A stretch of 57,463 bases of DNA from Octopus bimaculoides. Taxonomy: Eukaryota. Positions within the stretch are counted from its first letter, which is position 1. Every line of letters starts with the position of its first letter. The stretch spans positions 69,860,068 to 69,917,530 of the forward strand of contig NC_068985.1 of the NCBI RefSeq assembly GCF_001194135.2. The letters are read 5' to 3'. Position numbers and translations under genes: made by a program. Positions 1 to 9,300 of this stretch are shown here, piece by piece. Under the pieces are notes generated by a model. It was not told the origin of the DNA. It worked only from the letters and a program-made list of their open reading frames with translations, and did not search any database.

Positions 1-305
1 ATATATATATATTTAATTATTTATATTTAATACTCAATATTTCATATATTCAATAAGACATTCAATACGTCATTTCATGTTACTATTTATATTAAATTAT
101 ATACTCCATATTCTATATCCCACATTAATTTTATAAGAATATAAATAAAACATAAAAAGACAGACAGAGTTGGAACTCTTTTAAATAATATATATATATG
201 TATATATATATATACATATATATACATCTACACACATACATGTATACATATACATCTATATATATGTATCTCTCTCTATAGAGAGAGAGAGCATTGGGCT
301 CGCAC

Positions 306-464
306 TAGGCAAGAAGTTAAACATTTTGGGGGCCTAATAAGACGTATACAATTTGAATGAAATTGGTTGTGTAGTTCTCAAGTTTTAGGGGTTCACACAA
401 ACAGACAGACAGTCTCACATACACACTGACAGATAGACACACATTGTTATCTTTATATATATAG

Positions 465-466
<2 letters not shown>
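306..466 (+). mobile_element. Possible Helentron/HINE-like non-autonomous element 3' part
   Basis: Ends in ACAGACAGACA...CACACATTGTTATCTTTATATATATAGAT, resembling the 3' end of Helentron-associated interspersed elements. No clear 5' subterminal inverted repeat was seen. Confidence 0.3.

Positions 467-467
<1 letters not shown>

Positions 468-530
<63 letters not shown>
468..530. repeat. (GTA/AGT)n microsatellite, 21 units
   Basis: Perfect trinucleotide run; it produces the poly-Leu of ORF 317..568. Confidence 0.98.
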
Positions 531-532
<2 letters not shown>

Positions 533-1069
533 CAGTATGAATCTATCTTGACTCTGTCCAGACATCAAAATTTCGACTGTTTTAACTCATTTTTTTAAAT
601 GAATATGCTTCAAAGCCCAAATTCCCATAAATTAAAAAAAGGACAAAACTTTTTCATTCGTTGAAGGTAATCGCACTGTCAGGCATAGAAAGACTACATT
701 TCAAAGACGTCCGCATAGAACTCAAGCGGTCATAAGACCGACAATTGCTCAGCAATTTAAGTCCGACACTTGATAGGATGAACAACAGGTTGTCGCGATA
801 ACCAAAATGGAGAAGTATGTTGTTTGTTTGTGTCCCACTGTCAGTAGGTTGTGCATAAGTAAGTCAGTATATGCTTATTTCTCTGCCTTTTGGAAAAGTG
901 TCACAATATAACAGTGCAATGTCTGAGTGATAAAATGCTTCATGAAAGTAATTGTTGAATTTGTCTACTATAAGGATTTCGCATATGGTGACATCGAATT
1001 CTCAATAAGTTTTTGGAAGAATATGTCGTTTCTTTGTCCGACATAATACTAGTTACACACATTACGTAT

Positions 1070-1391
1070 GGGTAAGCGGTAATGACCCCCTTCGATCATG
1101 AATAACCATGGGATTGCACCTAGAAAGTTACATTCTGAGGCAAGATTATTTATGAAGACTAGCAGTCGTGCATGCATAACAGCCTCCCCTCTCTACGTCA
1201 CTGAAGGAAAGGAAAATAACGATACAACTTGGCACCAGTGACGTCGCACCTCATTTCTACAACTGAGTGAACTGGGACAATGTGATATACAGTATTTCAC
1301 TCAAGAACAAAACACACCAGGTCAGAGAAACGAATTCACTACATCATGATTGTGAGCCCAGCGCTTTAACCATTGAGCCATGCGCCTTCAC
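1070..1391 (-). mobile_element. tRNA-derived CORE-type SINE
   Basis: The minus strand reads a tRNA-like head (A box TGGCTCAATGG, degenerate B box), then a CORE-like GTTCTTGAGTGAAATAC...CCAGTTCACTCAGTTGTAGAAATG segment. Homologous to 6585-6921 and 30355-30485. Confidence 0.85.
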
Positions 1392-2164
1392 ATTACATAT
1401 AGCATTTTTTAATAATCAGTTAATGTTCTACAATGAAAATGTTTATGATTTTGATATATACGAAGGATCCTTTATGAAGCTGTTAGAGCTTTTGCAGCTA
1501 AGTACACCGTACATTTTGACAACTTTATTGGTCATCTGAGTTTGATTAGGTTTTGTATGTCGAGAGTCGCTTCTCTAGATATTCAGCAGTAGGTAAGAAA
1601 AAAAATAATAGAACGAAAATATATAATTAGGCACTCCATGTTCGGGCCAAGCATAGCCACAGCCCAATGCCTAATATAAGTAAAGTGTTAAACGATTAAA
1701 TAATATATATTTCTCTGTTTGTGTGTATTCACGTGTGTGTATGTGTGCACATGTGTGTATATCTGTGTGACACGCAGATTTCTAATTAATTAAAAAGCAT
1801 ATCGTATTAAAGAAAACATTTAAATTAATGTACATTTAAAATTATTTTAAAATCTCACAAAATTTAATAATATCCGCTTGGTATTATTAGGAAATTTAAG
1901 AGTATAATCTGAGCATAATATTGAATGTCCCATTGGTAAATTTGATTGACTGCATCAGTATTCAGTTTACAAAACTGATAGATGTATATCTTCGTAAGGC
2001 ATGACTTTTCAATATTTTCTAAATAAAAGAAAAAATGCTTCTTTCATCCCCATTCACTAAAATATATTTATCAAAGTGATCAATGCTTAAAAGCTTTGTA
2101 TCTTTTTATCATTTTTGCCTTAACTAGTTTGCCATTATTTGCTATTAATATTCTACTATTATTA

Positions 2165-2374
2165 CTGGCGCATCGTACCTTTTAAAAGTCAGCAATTTGG
2201 GGAGAGGAGTATGTCGTTTAGATCCACCTTTGTAAGCAACTGGTGCATATTTTATCAATTCCGAAATGATGAGAATCAAAGATGACCTCGGAGAATTTTG
2301 AACTCACAACATGAGAACAGACAAATTTGCACTAAGCATTTTGCCAGACGTACTAGCTTGCTGCCAGCTCACTT
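2165..2374 (-). mobile_element. tRNA-derived SINE (second family), decayed
   Basis: Minus-strand head GTGAGCTGGCAGC...GTGAGTTCAAAATTCTCCGAGGTCATCTTTG matches the copies at 57100-57298 and 44805-44982. Confidence 0.75.
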
Positions 2375-4722
2375 GATGTCCATTATTTATCGAGTATGAC
2401 TCCAGTCAGCTTATATTAAATTTAATATATGCTATAAATTTATTTTGTTCTTGTTGCTTAGTTGCATGTCAAATCTGATCGAATAAACGTAGACTCAACG
2501 ACGATCCAACCACAGCCATCACATGTAGTTTTGATTTAAATGACACAATTTGCCTTTATGTCATAGTTTTACTTTTGTTTTTGTTTTTGTATTTGCCTTT
2601 TGTGAATTGAAGTTAGTTTACCGCTGTGCTTGCAGTTCGAATGACCGCTTAGAAACATCAATGTTGGTTCATATTTGTAGTCTAATGTTGTAGTTACACT
2701 AAAGTTTCATCTAGGAGGGAAACATTGATTATAATTTCATTAATATTCAATGCTTCATTAAATAGGATATAATGATTTGTTTATATATAATGTGCAGTTG
2801 GCAGCTAGTTCAAGTAATTTATTCATGCTATAGAAACCGTGTTTACGTACTATACTGTACAATGTAATATATCTAGAGTTTAAACAAAACAAACAGATGT
2901 AAGCAACTTATAGTTTTTATGCACTATCTTTGTTGACAATACAAAAAAAAATAAACAATGTTACCATTTTCATTCACATGTAGGGATTTCAAGATCGAAC
3001 GATTACCCTGACGGAGACACCGCTTACAAATTTGTTATCACTAAAGATTGATGTGTACCCGAGAAACTCATTTGCATATATGATGAATTTTAGGCAAATT
3101 AATGAAAATTGTTCGCACGTTCGTCCAATAGATTTATTTAACCTACTTGTTACGATGGTGATCTATTAGCAGTGTCGCCATCGACAGTTAAAACGAGTAA
3201 GCAAGTACTAAAGAGTCCGCAAGATAAAACTAAGGCTAATTCGGATGATCCTGCTTTCTACTGTCCACTGACATCATTTATATAAAGGCAAAGTTTTTAA
3301 CCAACTCTGGTTTAATGAATGTCAAATGAAATGTCCAATTATATTTATATTTTGTTGTGCAGTAGTGAACTGAAAAAATCATTCTTTACATACCATTTAT
3401 TTATGTGTTGCATAGTAGATTTTTGTTTATAATACAAACCTCGTTGCAAAACAGTATGGGACACGACGTACCTGACTAATAAACCCAATGATACAGTATT
3501 TCTGGGGGAAACGTTCAAGCACAATCAGTGCAACTACTATCTAGGGAGTCACATTAAGTTGTTTCTACCTTATAGAGCGATGTATTTAAAGGATGCTGAA
3601 CTTCTACAAGTTTTGAGAAACAAAATGTTCATGCAATAAATTCTTCTAATCAGGATTCCTTTCTATTGTAACTTGTATGGGAAAGTAATTGAAACAGTAT
3701 TTACTAGTACACAAAAGCAAAATTTATGCCAATGTATACAGTCCAAAGAAACAGACAATGATACGAAGAAGATAAATATCAATGTGACGTAATGAAAGTG
3801 TTTGAGGCTGATATAATACCGGTGCGATACTATTAAACAGAAACGATGTAAATTGTCTACAGAAAAATGTTATTTCATTTTATTGAGTTAATATTTACAT
3901 TGTTAGAACATCCATTGGTTTTGTTTATCTAAACTGCCCCGAGATACTATTTCGGAAACATGAACATGTAGAGAAAATCAATATCTTATCCTATAATATA
4001 CGCAATACCATCACAATATACACCATAAATATGTTTGGGGTGAGTGACACACGTTTCTAGTGGCATGAAAAAGTGAGGGAAAGTAGGATGGAATAGATAA
4101 TTTCAAGTAAATATCTCACCATAATACAGCATAGACTTACTCCCAACTATGTTAGCAAAGAATTTGAAAAGAGTTTTCTTCGTAGATATACATTTTCATT
4201 CAAACGCACTGCTGAGAATGCAAGGATTGGCTAAGATTTCGGAATGGTATACGGAATTTTGAGAAAGCCAAGTTAAAATTTAAATTTTGGAACTAATAAA
4301 TATATATTTTATCTGCAACTTATATAATGCTAGGTAACACTAAGAATTAAAATTTTAAATACTTTACTGATGCATTTACCCAATAACGCTGTATCTGAGA
4401 GGGGTTCATTAACTGAACTAAAATACAAGTTCAGTTTAAAAACAATGGATACTAAATGGTTAGAAAAGTAACCAATTGATTCATTGGCAAAATATTTATG
4501 AGTCTGACATACCGTACGTTAAGAGGGATACATTACATTAAATGAAGAAAATTATATGGGTTTTCACTTTTTCCTTCGATGATTCGTTTTAATTCGGCTG
4601 TTCCACTGAGCTTCGAGTACAAGTGATATTAACTGTCTGTTATTGCTGGAGCATTATAAATAGATAATACATTAATGAAATATTAATATTTACCACTCTT
4701 CATTTTGGTATCAGAGAGACCA

Positions 4723-4798
4723 GAGAAGTTGGTATGATGCAAATAGCTCACGTCTGAAGCGAACAGGGGAGAAGTTGGTATGAGGCAAATAGTTCGAG
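4723..4798. repeat. Two-copy direct repeat (30-bp core, 46-bp period)
   Basis: GAGAAGTTGGTATGATGCAAATAGCTCACG (4723-4752) versus GAGAAGTTGGTATGAGGCAAATAGTTCGAG (4769-4798). Confidence 0.85.
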
Positions 4799-5246
4799 TT
4801 TCATAGCTAAAATGTAGTAATATGTCTACATCTGATCAGCTTAGAAGCTAAGTGACTTAGCTTCTAAGTTTTTCAGTTCACCATACCATTTCTGGTCTAT
4901 AAAACAGTAATGAAAATAGGGCTAAAGCAGCAGAAGAATCAGTTATTTCCGGGGATTTAATGCTTCAGTCCAGATCGTTCTTCAAGGAAAGAATATTTTT
5001 CAGTATATGTGTGTATGTGTGTGTGTATAATGTTAAGATCCAAGGACCAAGGTGTAGGAAGTTAGTAAGCTTCGAGTAGTCTGTAGAAGATATAATAAAA
5101 GAACTTCCAGGAATGATAGTAATTTATTGACGTAGAAGTTTGTAAAGTTTCCAATATCGAATTTCGATAAGCTAAAAAGAGTTATCTTATATCTTAAAGT
5201 TAGCAGCTGGTATTGTTTGTATGCGACTAAAAATCCAAAATCAGCG

Positions 5247-5665
5247 GACTGAGTAGATAAAATCCAGTCTACATATGTTTCACTGCTAGCAGAACCTCGG
5301 AAGTAGTAATTGCACGAACGAGAGAGTAGAGCGAGGTTCTTTATGGAAGTAGAGAAATGTCTGAATTTGTTAAGGAAGAGAAACAGAATACAGAAAATAA
5401 AAGGGAAGTGGGCTGAGTAGGGGTAAAAATACGCTTTCCTTTTTCTTCTTTAACTTTCCACGCTTTATCGATCGAATTTCTAGCGAGTTCATTATATGAT
5501 TACTTTTCGAATATGCATATAATGAAGTCATTCCAAATTTCATTAGATTACTGTCTCTTTGGCCCAATGAGTAGCTAGCGGATTACCCTTCTTTTGAGCA
5601 ATTAATGCTTCCGAGGTTCTGCTAGCTATGAAACATATGTAGCATGCTATTTTATCTATTCCGTT
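5247..5665. repeat. Inverted repeat, arms about 67 bp (5247-5313 / 5598-5665)
   Basis: The reverse complement of the left arm, GCAATTACTACTTCCGAGGTTCTGCTAGCAGTGAAACATATGTAG, aligns to GCAATTAATGCTTCCGAGGTTCTGCTAGCTATGAAACATATGTAG at 5598. Confidence 0.85.
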
Positions 5666-5706
5666 CCCTAATTCTGGATATATATACAGAGACACAGAGA
5701 GAGAGA

Positions 5707-5748
<42 letters not shown>

Positions 5749-5756
5749 CTGAAAGA

Positions 5757-5915
5757 GAGAGGCGCCGAAAAGTTCTTGGCTTTGAGTACAAGAAAATACA
5801 GACTCACACACATATTACAGCATTCCTTCTGTGAGGTGCATTGCAATTCTTTATATCGTTCCCCAGCCACAAAGGAGCAGTGCAGAATTATGCTGAAAAG
5901 ATTGCCGAGATGAAT
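5757..5915 (-). mobile_element. Truncated mariner-family terminal fragment
   Basis: Begins with TIR-like GAGAGGCGCCGAAAAGTTCTTGGCTTT; 5757-5831 is the reverse complement of 6046-6121 at about 85% identity. Confidence 0.7.
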
Positions 5916-5951
5916 AAAGTATATGTATTTATGTATGTATGTATGTATGTA

Positions 5952-6121
5952 CGATGGATACTGAAATGTTCCTGGCTTTAAGGTTATCATGAAAGACTTG
6001 GTTAAAAGCCCAAGATTCCGAGTTCTTTTACAGGACATAGAAGAACAGAAGGAGTGCTGCAATATGTGTGTGCGTCTGTATTTTCCTGTACAAAAAGCCA
6101 GGAACTTTTCAGCAACACTCG
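5952..6121. mobile_element. Mariner-derived MITE (170 bp) with TA target duplication
   Basis: Left end TA|CGATGGATACTGAAATGTTCCTGGCTTT; the right end reverse-complements to TA|CGAGTGTTGCTGAAAAGTTCCTGGCTTT. Confidence 0.8.
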
Positions 6122-6138
6122 TATATATACGTATATAT

Positions 6139-6524
6139 ACCCAATAAAATTCGAAAATAGATTAAGGTTGTTCATCATTTTTGTTTTCAGTCTGCGGAGA
6201 AATAACGAAAACTTGCCCTGTTTATAATTATACCATATGTTACATATTTCTTATATCATACCTTGATACTTATATCATACCTTGGTATTTATAGAGTATT
6301 AAACACTTTCGGTATGCATATTAGGGACTCTTTCATAGAGTAACTGCTGCATTTGTTGAGCATATAAACTATTTGGCTGCTTGTATCTCTGGAGACTGTC
6401 AGAATGAGGTAGACGCCTCTGATGAGAACCCAATAAGTTTCGAAAATCGATTAAGGCTGTTCAACATTTTTTCAGTCTGCTGAGAAATAACTAAAGTTTG
6501 CCTTGTTTATAATTATACCATGCG

Positions 6525-6527
<3 letters not shown>
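6139..6527 (+). mobile_element. Penelope-like pseudo-LTR / retrozyme-like element (about 1.35 tandem units of about 289 bp)
   Basis: 6139-6240 is directly repeated at 6428-6527 (ACCCAATA...ATAATTATACCAT). It carries a type I hammerhead, has no ORF, and has a homologue at 12421-12660. Confidence 0.75.
6415..6457 (+). ncRNA. Minimal type I hammerhead ribozyme
   Basis: GCCT-CTGATGA-GAAC ccaataa GTTTC-GAAA-A TCGA T-TA^AGGC. Stem I GCCU/AGGC is 4 bp, the core CUGAUGA and GAAA are intact, stem III is 2 bp with a palindromic UCGA loop, and the predicted cleavage is after A6453 (UUA). Confidence 0.85.
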
Positions 6528-6567
<40 letters not shown>

Positions 6568-6584
6568 TGTGTGTGGATGTGTGT

Positions 6585-6921
6585 AAGAGGTAAAATGTAA
6601 AGGTACCCTTCGGTCATGAATCACCATGGGGTTGCACCTAGAAGCGTACCATCTGAGGACAAGTCCGGGCATGTTTGTTTATGGAAGACCAACAGTCACC
6701 CATACATATCAGTCCCCTGCTCTCCACGCCACCGATGTTGTCCAAGGGAGTGGAAAACTCCGATACAACTTCGCACCAGAGATGATGCAATTCATTTCTA
6801 CAGCTGAGTGATCTGGAACAACGTGGAATTAAGTGTCTTTCTCAAGAACACAATACACAGACCGACCTGACAATCGAACTCCCTACGTCATGATTTGAGC
6901 TCGATCTTCTAACCACTGAGC
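6585..6921 (-). mobile_element. tRNA-derived CORE-type SINE
   Basis: Minus-strand head GCTCAGTGGTTAGAAG...GGAGTTCGATTG, then TGTGTTCTTGAGAAAGACACTT...CCAGATCACTCAGCTGTAGAAATG. Same family as 1070-1391. Confidence 0.88.
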
Positions 6922-7249
6922 TTTGACACATCTATACACACACACATATATATATATACATACACGCATACATACCTAGACAGCATCAATATATGTATCT
7001 ATGTGTTTGAGCTTGTGTACTTTTACCTTGATTTATATTTATGTTCTTAAGATAGTCTAAGGCGATCGATAGTGGTGTGATGCCTTATTCTCCTCCAAGT
7101 TTCTGTGTAGACTGACCATTCCAGTTAGCCTTGTGTTGCATGAATTAGCTGTATTCACAGAGTATGTGCTCACTACATTTTTAACTCTCAGTTTTGAGTA
7201 TGCATATAATGAAATCATTCCTTTCTTTACTGTTCAGCAGTTATAGTCT

Positions 7250-7445
7250 GTATGCTATAATGCGACATTGAAAAGCTGTTTGGACTGACTTATTCCTCTA
7301 TCGCGATCACTTCGTCTCACATAGATCTCGTTGGTGTTGCTGTTGGTATGGAAGTTGCCAGTGTTGGTTAGTACCTTTCAAAGTTTGATGTCGAGCCTGC
7401 TGATACTGTCAAATGTGAAGTCCAGTAGCCCAAATGTTACACAGA
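7250..7445 (-). pseudogene. Decayed R4/Dong-clade LINE RT C-terminal relic
   Basis: Minus-strand translation TFGLLDFTFDSISRLDIKL*KVLTNTGNFHTNSNTNEIYVRRSDRDRGI resembles the xFG...LD.K.RK.LT...FH.NS...RLY..R..GGRGL block; compare the equivalent segment at 55578 in this window. Confidence 0.6.
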
Positions 7446-8324
7446 AAAAAGATTTGTGAGAGATTTTTTTTTTCAACGCAAACTGCTTTGAGTTGTATAT
7501 TTTCTCTTCTAAATATATGTAGATATATCTAGAACAGAAGTAGAAGAAATCTTATACACAATCACCAAACAAACTCTACCTCCACAAAACAGGAAAGTTA
7601 AAAATATATATATGTATATACGAAGCAAATTGTATAGAAAACAAAGAATACATACAGGGAAACATAAATATACAATATTTACTCAAATACATTTGTGAAC
7701 TTAAAAGCACAAGAGAAAAAAAATTCTGTACTAACAAAGTTATTGCACACCTGACCATTAACTCCAATCTTACAAATACAAACGAAAAATAACTAGAATA
7801 ACATCAGTAACAAGTAAATATAGGAACAGCCTAAACTTACCACCTACATACATTCTTTTGTGTAAGAAAGTTGGCAACCCCAATTATAAAGGGCTTAAAT
7901 AATGGACTTTGTACGTTTCACATTTATATTTTCAAAGCAAAATTATTAAATGCAGTAATACCAAAAACAAAATAAATACTGCCAAACTTTGTGCCTACCT
8001 AACAAAAGCAAAACACCTACAGGCTTGTTTTATAAAGTTCTGCATGCCTCTATCCATTCTAAACACTAGCATATACCCAAAATTAATTAAACATTTTTCC
8101 AAAACGCTTTCCCATAACAACTGACCATACAAACTTAACTGACACCCCACTCACACCCTCACACCCAAAGATCATTTTAACTTAACAAACACTATATAAA
8201 GGCAACATAAAATGTTATCCATTGCAGTGCGACTGCAATGGCTTAGCACGCCGAAACATCGAAGTCACAGTCACTAACATTCTTTGATACAAATAATACA
8301 CACGCACGCACGCGCGCACACACA

Positions 8325-8368
<44 letters not shown>

Positions 8369-8613
8369 CAATACAAAAAAATAAGCTCCCCTTATAGGGG
8401 TGTAAAACATCCAATTTTCACTGGTTAATTGTTCAATACCCAATACATAATACTTTTTAGAAACATTTCTTCAATATAAATGGGTATATATACACAATAT
8501 ACAAAATAAAAGGAAAACAGAGAATTCAAATTGACATATGTTAAAGTATTGACATAACATTATATTTTTATTACAACAATATTAATATAAAAACATAAGG
8601 ATGAATATAAGAA

Positions 8614-8868
8614 CAATCCCTACAATTGTTTCGATTTGTACCCCAAAACCAACAATAAATTTTTAAAATTCATATTATGGAAATATTTTGAGGTAAGAAT
8701 CTCATCAGGGTAACGGAAGAAAATCACATGTGAGAAGTTTAAAATCGCAAAACAGACTGAATCCATATATTGATAGAGTGCGTTTTGTGATTTTATATAT
8801 TTCCATAATATGAATTTAATAAATTCTTCTTGGTTTTCGTGTTTGAATTGAAACAATTGTAGGGACTG
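8614..8868. mobile_element. MITE (255 bp) with CAGT-type Tc1/pogo-like termini and long inverted arms
   Basis: Left CAATCCCTACAATTGTTTC; the right end reverse-complements to TA|CAGTCCCTACAATTGTTTC. The internal AAATTCATATTATGGAAATAT is also mirrored. Confidence 0.8.
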
Positions 8869-8884
8869 TATGCACGAAAACAAA

Positions 8885-9300
8885 GGCGAAAATTATACGC
8901 GGCTATAGAATATGTAAACAAGGAACTTGAAAGACTTGAAAGCCTACGAATAATCGAGAAGACGGACCACACAAAGTAGGAAGTACCTACGGTCTATATA
9001 AAAAATAAAAATAATTAGTTAAGAGTTTGTGCAGATTTTCAACGCTGTTGAATGATTGCTTGATCTCACATAACTAGTCATTGTCGAATCCTGAAAAAGT
9101 GTTCGTAAAATTGAATGGAGGGGAAATACATCTCAAAATTAGACCTCTCGGCGGCAAATGTGGAAATCCAAGTAGAAGAAGTATGCTCACACTTATTAAC
9201 CATTACTACACACCATGGCTTATTTAAATTTAAGCGGCTTCCCTTCGGAGCAAAAGTGGCCTTTTCCATATTTCAGCAAATAATGGATACACTGCTGGTT
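8885..9300 (+). pseudogene. Ty3/Gypsy LTR-retrotransposon reverse-transcriptase fragment (degraded)
   Basis: KELERLESLRIIEK...LRVCADF... then KYISKLDLSAANVEIQVEE...LLTITTHHGLFKFKRLPFGAKVAFSIFQQIMD (ORF 9115..9369), the Gypsy RT KLDL / RLPFG / FQ..MD motifs, with stops and frameshifts. Confidence 0.88.

Noticed and set aside
7560-8130. Possible Penelope GIY-YIG C-terminal relic (SKYRNS...LK*WTL...KLC.YLTK)
   Set aside because: Resemblance by eye is too weak and no GIY/YIG motif is seen; it needs a TBLASTN/HMM search.
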